IMG/VR virus record: IMGVR_UViG_3300005805_000127
Location: 1 to 50,003 of that record
DNA from: a virus
Taxonomy: Duplodnaviria; Caudoviricetes
DNA length: 50,003 nucleotides
Reading direction: 5' to 3' (one strand)
The translations under genes and the position numbers were made by a program. Shown piece by piece: positions 39,078-48,380 of the stretch (its first letter is position 1; every line of letters starts with the position of its first letter). Under the pieces are notes generated by a model, which worked only from the letters and a program-made list of their open reading frames with translations, made no database searches and had not been told where the DNA came from.

Positions 39078-40313
39078 ATGGCATATACAATTGTTAAAAG
39101 TGATGGTACAGTTCTAACTACCATTGCTGACGGTACTATTAATACAACTAGTACCTCTTTAGGCTTACCCGGCCGAAATTATCCTGGGTATGGACAAACG
39201 TTGGATACCAACTTTGTACACATGGTGGAAAATTTCGCTGCCAATACTCCCCCTGCAAATCCTATCAGGGGCCAGTTGTGGTACAATATTAACAATAGTA
39301 CATTGTATGTTTGCCCAACTAACGGTGCTCCCAACGCAAACGTATGGTTAGCATTGACTGCTACATCAAGCGGTGGTAACACAACATTCGGTGCGGTAAC
39401 TGTTACAGGTAATTTGGCTGCTTCTAATTTATCAGCAACAAATGACATAACAGCAAGTAATTTAATATCATCACTCAATTTGACAATTACTGGTGCAGCA
39501 AATATTGGTAATGCCACAATATCAAATGCAAACATCGGTACACTAACAACTACAGCAATCACCTCAGGTTCACAGTCTACTAACGGAACACTAACTGGTG
39601 TTTGGACTGCAAACGGCGCCGGCACTGCAAACAGTGTAGCAGGCACTGCGATGTGGGTTACAGGTGGTAACCTCGTAGTAACTGGCGGTGGCGGTATTGG
39701 TATTAGAACAGATAACTTAATGTATGCTAACGGCGCTAACATTTTCGGTGGTGGCGCGGCATATAGCAACTCAAACGTTGCGGCATACTTACCAACTTAT
39801 ACAGGTAACGTAGGTACAGGCGCAACAATATTTGTAGGAACAACAGTAACAACCGGCGCTAACACAACTGCTGGTACAATTACAGGTAACTGGACATTGA
39901 GTTCAGGTTCACGTTTACAAGCAACATACGCTGACTTGGCAGAACGTTTTGAAGCAGACACAACATACGATCCCGGCACAGTAGTTCAATTAGGCGGTAC
40001 TAAAGAAATTACTGCTGTTAAACTTGAATTAAGTGAGGACGTATTCGGTGTTATATCTAATAGTGCTGCTTACTTGATGAATGCAGGTGCAGGTGATGAT
40101 CAAACTCATCCTCCTGTTGCTGTAAGTGGTCGAGTTCACGTTAAAGTTATGGGTAAAGTTGCTAAAGGTCAACGACTTGTGAGTGCTGGTAACGGTATTG
40201 CCCGTGCCGCTGATCAAGGTGAAGCAACAGCCTTTAATACTATCGGTAGAGCATTAACAGATAAAACAACAGAAGGTGTCGGTACTGTAGAAGCAATCGT
40301 CATCATAAGGTAA
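39078..40313 (+). CDS. Tail fibre/appendage protein with a C-terminal intramolecular chaperone (peptidase G2-like autocleavage domain)
   Basis: N-terminus 'MAYTI...DGTI...GRNYPGYG...ENFA...PIRGQLWY', T/G/N/A-rich shaft, C-terminus 'YADLAERFEAD..YDPGTVV..GG...GVIS...VAVSGRVHVKV'. Start set at ATG 39078. Confidence 0.7.
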   Translation: MAYTIVKSDGTVLTTIADGTINTTSTSLGLPGRNYPGYGQTLDTNFVHMVENFAANTPPANPIRGQLWYNINNSTLYVCPTNGAPNANVWLALTATSSGGNTTFGAVTVTGNLAASNLSATNDITASNLISSLNLTITGAANIGNATISNANIGTLTTTAITSGSQSTNGTLTGVWTANGAGTANSVAGTAMWVTGGNLVVTGGGGIGIRTDNLMYANGANIFGGGAAYSNSNVAAYLPTYTGNVGTGATIFVGTTVTTGANTTAGTITGNWTLSSGSRLQATYADLAERFEADTTYDPGTVVQLGGTKEITAVKLELSEDVFGVISNSAAYLMNAGAGDDQTHPPVAVSGRVHVKVMGKVAKGQRLVSAGNGIARAADQGEATAFNTIGRALTDKTTEGVGTVEAIVIIR

Positions 40314-40322
40314 GGGTAAGAC

Positions 40323-41276
40323 ATGAGTTACGCACAATTTGGATTAATACAGGCGACAGATTTCAACACGTTAGTAGGTGGAAACCCCACAACTACTGCT
40401 AACACATTGAACGCTGTCTGGGCTACAGGTGGTTCCACCGCAGGTTACGGACAGACGGCTGTTGCTAACGTATCCGCAGGAAACACTGTTGCGTCAACTG
40501 CTCAATGGACAGCGTTAGTTAATAATACTGCTAACGCCGCACTTCATCAAGCATCATCTATCACTAGCGTAACAGCACCTAGTGCAGGTGGTACAATTAC
40601 ATACTTGTCTGCTATTCCTACTAACTTACAAACAATTTATACAAGCAGACTTAATGCTACCTCACAAGGGTCAACATCAAGTAATACAGCAACATATGGG
40701 TCAACATGGAGCGCAGGCTTAACATTTACTCATACAGCAACATTTGCTAACGGTGACGCCGCACGTTACTTCTTTAACTCAGGTGGACAGTTAAAGATGA
40801 CTGTATCACACCCAAGTGGTACTGGTATTAATTTATTGTTCAATAACTTAGCAAGCAACGTTGGTACAGTAGTATTATCTGCTCCTAGTTCTGGTTCAGT
40901 AACTATCGGTGGTGTTTCATATAACGGCATTACTAAAGTTGGTGGCGGTGGTAATACCCCAACTATTTCTCAGAATACAGGTTACTATGCATTGACAACT
41001 TCAAACGCAACTGTATTCACTCAATTAGCGTCAACAGGTCCTTCAGGATATCTATCAACCTATATTAGATTTATTGTTAAGTCTAATGGTACACAAGGAT
41101 CAAATAGTGATGCTGGTTCAGTTATTACTGTTTATACTATTTGGGATGAAGTTCCAGATGGATTAACAGTTGCTACTGGCTCAGCAACAACAATGACACT
41201 AACACCTCCCGAAACTACATATCTTGCCAATTCATGGGGCGCCGTGACATTAGCAGGTTCTGTAACAGGCTCATAA
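40323..41276 (+). CDS. Putative virion structural / fibre-associated protein
   Basis: T/S/G/A-rich, beta-type composition, 'ARYFFNSGGQL'; follows the tail fibre gene. Confidence 0.55.
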   Translation: MSYAQFGLIQATDFNTLVGGNPTTTANTLNAVWATGGSTAGYGQTAVANVSAGNTVASTAQWTALVNNTANAALHQASSITSVTAPSAGGTITYLSAIPTNLQTIYTSRLNATSQGSTSSNTATYGSTWSAGLTFTHTATFANGDAARYFFNSGGQLKMTVSHPSGTGINLLFNNLASNVGTVVLSAPSSGSVTIGGVSYNGITKVGGGGNTPTISQNTGYYALTTSNATVFTQLASTGPSGYLSTYIRFIVKSNGTQGSNSDAGSVITVYTIWDEVPDGLTVATGSATTMTLTPPETTYLANSWGAVTLAGSVTGS

Positions 41277-41301
41277 TAATTTTATAGACTGTAAGTATCC
41301 A

Positions 41302-41309
41302 TCTAAATA
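41302..41309 (+). promoter_or_regulatory. Late promoter candidate TCTAAATA
   Basis: TAAATA core upstream of a strong AGGAG RBS for the gene at 41328. Confidence 0.5.
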
Positions 41310-41327
41310 ACTCGTAGGAGTGAATAG

Positions 41328-41633
41328 ATGGATACCAAAACCTTAATTGCAGAAGCCAAAGCACGATTTAATCATAATTCGGCTAAGGCCTATCTCAAAG
41401 AAAAATACAACAGTAAACTATTAATAGCAGAGCAAGGTGGACTTTGGCGAGCCGATGCTCAGACCATTTCGTTCCTAAATTCTTTTACCTCTAAAAAGGT
41501 CGTCTTATTAGACACTTTTGACAACCCTGTTGAGGTTGATAGAAAAGCACTACTCAACACATTAACTGAAGTTAACGAAACAGTAATGAAAGAATGGTAT
41601 AACGAATGGCAAGAACTAGAAACAAAAAGGTAA
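41328..41633 (+). CDS. Hypothetical protein (101 aa)
   Basis: AGGAG RBS, first gene of the tailoring cluster; no motif recognised. Confidence 0.75.
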   Translation: MDTKTLIAEAKARFNHNSAKAYLKEKYNSKLLIAEQGGLWRADAQTISFLNSFTSKKVVLLDTFDNPVEVDRKALLNTLTEVNETVMKEWYNEWQELETKR

Positions 41634-42433
41634 ATCGAGGCGTTATTCTATTTGCATTCAATTCGCCTAGATATAACTATTATAAAATGGCAGAGTATAC
41701 TGCCAAACGTGTCAATCATTTTTTAAATCTTCCTGTAACACTTGTTACGGACGAAGAATCTAAACCTGAGGGTGATCATCCGTTTGATAAGATAATCACT
41801 GTGGTTCCAGACAAAAACAACATACGTGAATATCAAGTTTGGATCAACAAAGGTAGATATCAAGCATATGAATTAAGTCCATATGATGAAACATTATTAT
41901 TGGACGTTGATTACATGGTCAACTCTGATAAGTTGTTAAAGACATTTGACACTGGGTTAGACTTTTGCTGTCACGACAATACTAGTTTTTTAATGCATCC
42001 TGGCGCCGCACAAGAAGTACTAAGTTCATACAGTTTTAAAACTCTTTGGGCTACAGTAGTCATGTTTAGAAAAACAGAACGTGCTAAACAAATATTTGAA
42101 TGCTTAAAAATGATACAAGAAAATTATAGTCATTACGCTGACATTCATAGTTTTGTAGCAGGCGTATATAGAAACGATTACGCACTTACACTTGCATTAC
42201 GCATAGCAAATGGACATAGTGTTGCACCAAACGATATAATCCCATGGGACTTAATACATGTGGGTAAGAATACCACTGTGTATAGAAATAGTGACGATCC
42301 ATACAATACAGAATTTGTAGTAATGTTTGATAATTGGCAACGTGGTAAAATTCGTAAAGAATATACAATCATTAAAGACTGCGATTTTCACGTGATGAAT
42401 AAAGATAATTTTGTGGAGTTGATTCGTGAATAA
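41606..42433 (+). CDS. GT-A fold glycosyltransferase-like protein
   Basis: 'RGVILFA', 'PVTLVTD', 'SPYDETLLLDVD' (DxD), 'RNDYAL', 'FHVMNK'. Confidence 0.7.
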   Translation: MARTRNKKVNRGVILFAFNSPRYNYYKMAEYTAKRVNHFLNLPVTLVTDEESKPEGDHPFDKIITVVPDKNNIREYQVWINKGRYQAYELSPYDETLLLDVDYMVNSDKLLKTFDTGLDFCCHDNTSFLMHPGAAQEVLSSYSFKTLWATVVMFRKTERAKQIFECLKMIQENYSHYADIHSFVAGVYRNDYALTLALRIANGHSVAPNDIIPWDLIHVGKNTTVYRNSDDPYNTEFVVMFDNWQRGKIRKEYTIIKDCDFHVMNKDNFVELIRE

Positions 42434-43220
42434 AGGATTTGTAATCTTAGCGCAGAACACTAATAAAGTTGACTATGTACAATGTGCAGAAGTCTTAGGA
42501 CGTAGCATTAAGCGTAACATGCCAAATAGCCATGTTACGTTAATCACCGATGAAAAAGTAAAGTCAAAGACATTTGATAATGTAGTTAAGTTACCATATG
42601 GAGATTTAGCACCTAATAGTGATTGGAAACTTGTCAATGACTGGCAAGTGTATGAAGCAAGTCCATATGAGTACACAATTAAACTAGAAGCCGATTTGTT
42701 TATTCCAACATCAATTGATTATTGGTGGGATGCATTATCAACTAGAGACCTTGTAATTTCTACTACTATTAGAAATTTTAAACAAGAGGTATCTGATATA
42801 CGTGCTTATAGAAAGTTTATAGATGATAATGGATTGCCTGATTGCTATAACGCTATCACGTACTTTAAAAAATCAGAATTAGCAGAGAAATTTTTTGCTA
42901 TTGTTAAAGATGTATTTGAGAATTGGAAATACTATATCAATACATTAAAGTGTAATGCTGATGAGCCAGTTACAACTGACTGGGCATATGCTATAGCATC
43001 ACACATACTAGGTAAAGAAAATACAACATTGCCAAACTTTGAATCGATGAGCATGGTCCACATGAAGCAATGGATCAATGGCATGCCAACAGAAAACTGG
43101 ACCGATACGTTAATCTATGAGATATTGCCACATACATTAAGAATTAATACTGTACCGCAACAATATCCATTTCACTATCAAATCAAGAGTTTTTCTGATA
43201 AACTAATGGTGTTAAAATGA
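42426..43220 (+). CDS. Glycosyltransferase-like paralog (DxD replaced by EAD)
   Basis: 'KGFVILA', 'HVTLITD', 'SPYEYTIKLEAD', 'TTDWAY', 'MVHMK' are colinear with the preceding gene. Confidence 0.65.
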   Translation: MNKGFVILAQNTNKVDYVQCAEVLGRSIKRNMPNSHVTLITDEKVKSKTFDNVVKLPYGDLAPNSDWKLVNDWQVYEASPYEYTIKLEADLFIPTSIDYWWDALSTRDLVISTTIRNFKQEVSDIRAYRKFIDDNGLPDCYNAITYFKKSELAEKFFAIVKDVFENWKYYINTLKCNADEPVTTDWAYAIASHILGKENTTLPNFESMSMVHMKQWINGMPTENWTDTLIYEILPHTLRINTVPQQYPFHYQIKSFSDKLMVLK

Positions 43221-43567
43221 GTGATACTAAAGAAGATTACATTATAATTTGGGAAGCACCCAAAATTGTTCCACCAGAGTTTCGTTTGTACTATGACGAT
43301 GCTGGTAGAGTAGTCACCTATACATCAGAAAAGTTAGAAGGTAATTATATTATCATTGACGCAATGACATATGCGGCAGCAAGACCTGATGTTAGAGTTA
43401 TAGATGGTAGAATCTCAACTGTTCAATCTAATGCAATTATATCTAAGTTAATGCCTGATAGCAAAGAAGGGCGTGATTGTGCGTTAGAAGATATTAGTAT
43501 AGTTGTAGAAAAGAAAGATAAAGTTAAAAAACAAAAGTGGAAATTGAACACATATGAACTCAGATGA
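43217..43567 (+). CDS. Hypothetical protein (116 aa)
   Basis: Overlaps the genes on both sides; no motif recognised. Confidence 0.7.
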   Translation: MSDTKEDYIIIWEAPKIVPPEFRLYYDDAGRVVTYTSEKLEGNYIIIDAMTYAAARPDVRVIDGRISTVQSNAIISKLMPDSKEGRDCALEDISIVVEKKDKVKKQKWKLNTYELR

Positions 43568-44507
43568 TATTGTTGACGTAGCAGATTTAGACTGCATTTA
43601 TCTTAGTTATGATGAGCCACAGAAAGAAGAATTTTGGCTCAAGATTAAAAACATGGTGCCTTGGGCAAAGCGTGTTGATGGTGTAAAGGGTAGCGATGCC
43701 GCACATAAAGCCGCAGGTGAAGCAAGTGATACTGAGCGATTTATTCTTATCGATGGTGACAACATGCCCGATGAAGAATTTTTCAATATTCAATTAGACT
43801 TTACTGGTAAGGATCCTAAATATAAAATAGCACAGTTCCGTTGGAAAGCAGTCAACGCTATTAATGGACTACGTTATGGCAACGGTGGCATGAGCAGTTG
43901 GACAAAGACTTATGTTGCTAATATGAAAACACATGAGAATCAAAAAGAAGGCGATGTTACACGCATTGCTGATTTTTGTTTAGACAGTAAAGACAATTTG
44001 TATTGGGCTATGTATGACTGTTATTCAACGACATATCCTAACTATACACCGTTTCAAGCATGGCGTGCTGGATTTAGAGAAGGCGTTAAGATGTGCTTGA
44101 ATAAAGGCGCTGTACCCACTGTAGATGAATTTAAAGAAACTGTAGCAAGCAGAAACCTTAATAACTTAACTATTTGGCAAAACGTTGGTACTGATGTAGA
44201 AAACGGAAATTGGGCTATTTACGGTGCTAGACTTGGCACATATATGACTATGCTTACTGACTGGGAGCATACTAATGTGCAATGGTTCGATAACTATATA
44301 GAACTATGGGAAAAGCATAAAGACTATGACCCACTAGATCAAGCAGAAGATATTGGATCTATGTTACATGCCAAATTAGGTCTACCCATATGTACATTAA
44401 GCCCAAAGCAAAGCAAATTTTTCAAACGACATGTTAATGCCGATAAGCATAACTTAGGTCCACTAGTTACGGAGATGGAAGTCATCAGAAGAATAGAAGG
44501 CTGGTAA
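43554..44507 (+). CDS. GT-A fold glycosyltransferase-like protein
   Basis: 'IYLSYDEP', 'RVDGVKGSDAAHKAA', 'FILIDGDN' (DxD), 'GLRYGNGG', 'QAWRAGFREGVK'. Confidence 0.65.
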   Translation: MNSDDIVDVADLDCIYLSYDEPQKEEFWLKIKNMVPWAKRVDGVKGSDAAHKAAGEASDTERFILIDGDNMPDEEFFNIQLDFTGKDPKYKIAQFRWKAVNAINGLRYGNGGMSSWTKTYVANMKTHENQKEGDVTRIADFCLDSKDNLYWAMYDCYSTTYPNYTPFQAWRAGFREGVKMCLNKGAVPTVDEFKETVASRNLNNLTIWQNVGTDVENGNWAIYGARLGTYMTMLTDWEHTNVQWFDNYIELWEKHKDYDPLDQAEDIGSMLHAKLGLPICTLSPKQSKFFKRHVNADKHNLGPLVTEMEVIRRIEGW

Positions 44508-45910
44508 TGTCATACGAAACAAATAGAATTAAAGACATTAAGGTAGTAGTAGAACGTGAAGCAGGATCAACATTTTGTTTAGCGAAATGGCATCACGTTA
44601 CTATGTACTTGCAATCAGGTGAGACACATAGTTGTTATCATCCACGACCACACAAGATTCCATTAAGTGAATTGGCAGATAACCCATCGGCATTACATAA
44701 TACACAAGAAAAGAAAATAGAACGTCAAATGATGCTTGAAGGCAAAAAGCCTGAAGGCTGTCAATATTGCTGGAACATTGAAGCAATGGGTCCTGACTAT
44801 ATTAGCGACCGTCATATACGTAATGCAAGTATTTTTACTGAAGAACGTTTTGAACAAACAGCAAAGGGACCCTGGGATCAAAACATTAATCCAGAATACA
44901 TTGAAATTAACTTTGGTAATGAATGTAACTTTAAGTGCGGATACTGTCATCCAAAATATAGCACAAGTTTCTACAAAGAGATTGAGAAGTTTGGACCTGT
45001 AACCAGTGTAAAGAATCATCGTTGTGATGTTGATTGGATGAAGTTATATCAACGTGAAGATGATAATCCATATGTAGATGCGTTTTGGGAATGGTGGCCA
45101 GAGATGCGTAAGACATTGAATATCTTGCGTGTAACAGGTGGTGAGCCTACATTACATAGTAGCACATGGAGATTGTTAGAACAGATTGACAAGGATCCCA
45201 TGCCATGGTTAGAACTAAACATTAATAGTAACTTTGGAACAAAGACTGTTCTTTATGAACGTCTTGCTGAAAAGGTAAAGAAACTTACAGATGAAGGTAA
45301 GATTCGTAGTTTCAAAATGTTCACTAGCATGGATACATGGGGACAACGTGCTGAATATATTCGCACTGGATTAGATTTAGAACTATGGGAAAAAAACTTT
45401 CATACTTATCTACAAGGTACAAACAGTCCAGTCACGTTTATGATTACGTTTAACATCTTCAGTGTTACAACATTTAAGAGTTTGTTAGAGAAGTTCCTAG
45501 AGTGGCGCAAGCAGTATGGTTGGTATGATGATAAGCCAAACGATAAACATCGTGTACGCTTTGACACACCGTATTTGCGTGAACCTATTCAGTATGATAT
45601 GAATATACTTCCTAAAGAGCAGTTCATGCCATACATGTATGAGTCATTGAAGTTTATGGAAGAAAACACTGATGACTCACGTCCTGACGCATTTACTACA
45701 ATTGAATATGAAAAGTTCAAACGTGTAGTAGATTACATGGCTGAGACACATTACAGCGAAGATAAATTAATAGAAGGACGCAGAGATTTCTATAACTGGT
45801 TCAACGAGTTAGATGACCGTAGAGAAACAGATATGCTTTCTGTGTTCCCCGAAATGATGGATTTTTATAGATTATGTCAGGAAACAAACAGGACAAACCC
45901 ACTTTCTTAA
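44507..45910 (+). CDS. Radical SAM protein with N-terminal Twitch-like domain (1)
   Basis: N-terminal 'FCLAKW...SCYH...CQYCW', CxxxCxxC (CNFKCGYC), 'TGGEP', 'AEYIRTG', C-terminal 'VFPE'. Confidence 0.9.
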   Translation: MSYETNRIKDIKVVVEREAGSTFCLAKWHHVTMYLQSGETHSCYHPRPHKIPLSELADNPSALHNTQEKKIERQMMLEGKKPEGCQYCWNIEAMGPDYISDRHIRNASIFTEERFEQTAKGPWDQNINPEYIEINFGNECNFKCGYCHPKYSTSFYKEIEKFGPVTSVKNHRCDVDWMKLYQREDDNPYVDAFWEWWPEMRKTLNILRVTGGEPTLHSSTWRLLEQIDKDPMPWLELNINSNFGTKTVLYERLAEKVKKLTDEGKIRSFKMFTSMDTWGQRAEYIRTGLDLELWEKNFHTYLQGTNSPVTFMITFNIFSVTTFKSLLEKFLEWRKQYGWYDDKPNDKHRVRFDTPYLREPIQYDMNILPKEQFMPYMYESLKFMEENTDDSRPDAFTTIEYEKFKRVVDYMAETHYSEDKLIEGRRDFYNWFNELDDRRETDMLSVFPEMMDFYRLCQETNRTNPLS

Positions 45911-47166
45911 GAAGGTTACTCTTAGAAAAGAGTGACACTTTTTGCATAGTGCCGTGGACGCACTTACATACAACACCTACGGGTATTGCCGCTCCTTGCT
46001 GTATTGCTGAGAGTTGTGCTACCGAAGACGGTGTTGGTGATGCTAAGAAACAGGGTTTGATAGAGTTAGTCAACAGTCCAAAGATGAATCAATTACGATT
46101 GGACATGTTAAAGGGTGTAAAGAATAACGAATGCAATAAATGCCATAAGCACGAAGAGCAGGGTATCAAAAGTTTCCGTCAAATGATTAATGACGAAATG
46201 GGTAATTATTTTGAGGAAGCCATTGAAACTACAAACTTAGATGATGGTTCATTGTCTGAGTTTAAGATGCGTTACTTTGATATACGATTCAGTAATATTT
46301 GTAATTTCAAATGTCGTACATGTGGATCAGCATTTAGTACTCAGTGGGAACAAGAAGATTTAAAGAACAACGTATGGTATGCTAAAGTTCACCCTAAGAA
46401 TGATAACAAAGCATTTTTGAATGATGTTATTGAACAGATTGACCATATGGAAACTGCATACTTTGCAGGTGGTGAGCCATTAATTACAGAAGAACATTAT
46501 ATCTTATTGGAAGAAATGATTAAACGTAAACGTACTAACATTAAGTTGCGTTACAATACCAATATGAGTAACTTAAAGTTTAAGGATAAGGATTTATTGT
46601 CATTATGGAAAAACTTTAAGAGTGGCGTAAACATCTATGCTAGTATCGATCATGTTGGTGAACGTGCAGAATATATCAGACATGGTACTGATTGGGGCGT
46701 AGTAGAAACTAATTTTCTAAACGCTAAGAAACAAAACTTCATTACAATTCAGATTAATACAGTATTAAGTGTGTTCAACTATCTTACTATATTTGATTTC
46801 TACAAGTATCTGATAGATAAGAAATTATATTCAGCAAAGGATAGCATTTACACTGTATATAACATGTCTACCCCTGAGCATTTAACATGCCACATACTAC
46901 CACCTGATTACAAAGAGCGTGGCAATGTGAGCATGCAACAAGCAATTCAATATATGCATTCACATGGGTTTGGTCAAGACAAGATTAAACAATTATCAGA
47001 TACTACGCAATGGGTATTCTCACAACATACATGGGAAGCACAAAAGGCTAAATTTAGAGAAGAGGTGTCACGTTTGGACAGAATTAGAAGTGAAGATTTC
47101 ACTAAGGTATTTCCTGAAATAGGTAATCTATTAAGACCAGATAGAGTAAAATTATGGCCGGTATAA
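45874..47166 (+). CDS. Radical SAM protein with N-terminal Twitch-like domain (2)
   Basis: 'FCIVPW...PCC...CNKC', 'RFSNICNFKCRTC', 'YFAGGEP', 'AEYIRHGTDW'. Confidence 0.9.
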   Translation: MSGNKQDKPTFLRRLLLEKSDTFCIVPWTHLHTTPTGIAAPCCIAESCATEDGVGDAKKQGLIELVNSPKMNQLRLDMLKGVKNNECNKCHKHEEQGIKSFRQMINDEMGNYFEEAIETTNLDDGSLSEFKMRYFDIRFSNICNFKCRTCGSAFSTQWEQEDLKNNVWYAKVHPKNDNKAFLNDVIEQIDHMETAYFAGGEPLITEEHYILLEEMIKRKRTNIKLRYNTNMSNLKFKDKDLLSLWKNFKSGVNIYASIDHVGERAEYIRHGTDWGVVETNFLNAKKQNFITIQINTVLSVFNYLTIFDFYKYLIDKKLYSAKDSIYTVYNMSTPEHLTCHILPPDYKERGNVSMQQAIQYMHSHGFGQDKIKQLSDTTQWVFSQHTWEAQKAKFREEVSRLDRIRSEDFTKVFPEIGNLLRPDRVKLWPV

Positions 47167-48380
47167 AAGATAAAGACTACTACTTAAAAGAAAGTAAAAC
47201 ATTCTGTATGTTCCCGTGGATGCATTTATATGCAAGTCCTCGCGGAGATGTATATCCTTGCTGTACAACGACACAAACGCAAAAGTTGGGTAACGCAAAA
47301 GAAAATACGTTACAAGAAATATTCAACTCTGAAGAAACTAAAAAACTACGTTTGGATATGTTGAGCGACACACCAAACGAAATGTGCAAGACTTGCTATA
47401 AGATGGAAGAAAACTCTCCAAACAGTTATAGAAATTACAGCAAAGACATGTTTGGTAAATACTTTGATGATGTTGTTACGCAGACATGGAGTGACGGATC
47501 AGTAGATGAATTTAAAATGCGTATGATTGACATACGCTTTAGTAATATCTGTAACTTTGCGTGTCGTACATGTGGTAGCGAATGTAGCAGTCAATTTGCA
47601 GCCGAAGAACGTAAATTAGGCAAGCATGATTTTATCGTATTGCATGTTGACGACGGTAAGGGTAAAGTACTTGAAGAAGTATTAGAGCATTTGGATCATG
47701 CTGACATGGTTTACTTTGCAGGCGGCGAGCCATTGATCACCGATGAACATTATATTATACTAGAAGAAATAATTAAGCGTGGTAGAACAGATATCAAGTT
47801 ACGTTATAATACCAACGCTAGTAATATACATTTCAAAGGCAGAAACTTAATTGACTTATGGAATAAGTTTAGTCACATTGAAGTAGCATGTAGTATAGAT
47901 CATTTTGGTGAACGTGCAGAACTTATACGTCACGGCACTGATTGGGGAGTAGTAGAAAGCAACCTATTACAGTTTAGAAAAATGCGTCAAGTATTGTTTA
48001 GTGTAAGCACTGTATTGAGTGTGTTTAACTACTTAACTATACATGACTTCTATAACTATCTGATACAAAAGAATATTATATTTAAAGAAGATACAAATCA
48101 TTATCTTTGTTTGACAGCCAATCCTAGTTTCTATTGTGCAACTACATTACCTAAATCATTAAAAGAAGGTATGCAGCCAAACATAGAGCAGTTCTGCGAT
48201 AACTGGAGACATTTTGAATTGATTACAAGACAAGTAAAATATGCTATCAACTTTGCAAACAGCGCACATACTTGGGAAGAAAACAAATATGACTTTATCA
48301 AGTACAGTTGGCTACGTGATAGATTACGTGGAGAAGATATACTAAAGGTATTTCCTGAATTGGCATTATTAATTATATGA
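47154..48380 (+). CDS. Radical SAM protein with N-terminal Twitch-like domain (3)
   Basis: 'FCMFPW...PCC...CKTC', 'RFSNICNFACRTC', 'YFAGGEP'. Confidence 0.9.
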   Translation: MAGIKDKDYYLKESKTFCMFPWMHLYASPRGDVYPCCTTTQTQKLGNAKENTLQEIFNSEETKKLRLDMLSDTPNEMCKTCYKMEENSPNSYRNYSKDMFGKYFDDVVTQTWSDGSVDEFKMRMIDIRFSNICNFACRTCGSECSSQFAAEERKLGKHDFIVLHVDDGKGKVLEEVLEHLDHADMVYFAGGEPLITDEHYIILEEIIKRGRTDIKLRYNTNASNIHFKGRNLIDLWNKFSHIEVACSIDHFGERAELIRHGTDWGVVESNLLQFRKMRQVLFSVSTVLSVFNYLTIHDFYNYLIQKNIIFKEDTNHYLCLTANPSFYCATTLPKSLKEGMQPNIEQFCDNWRHFELITRQVKYAINFANSAHTWEENKYDFIKYSWLRDRLRGEDILKVFPELALLII

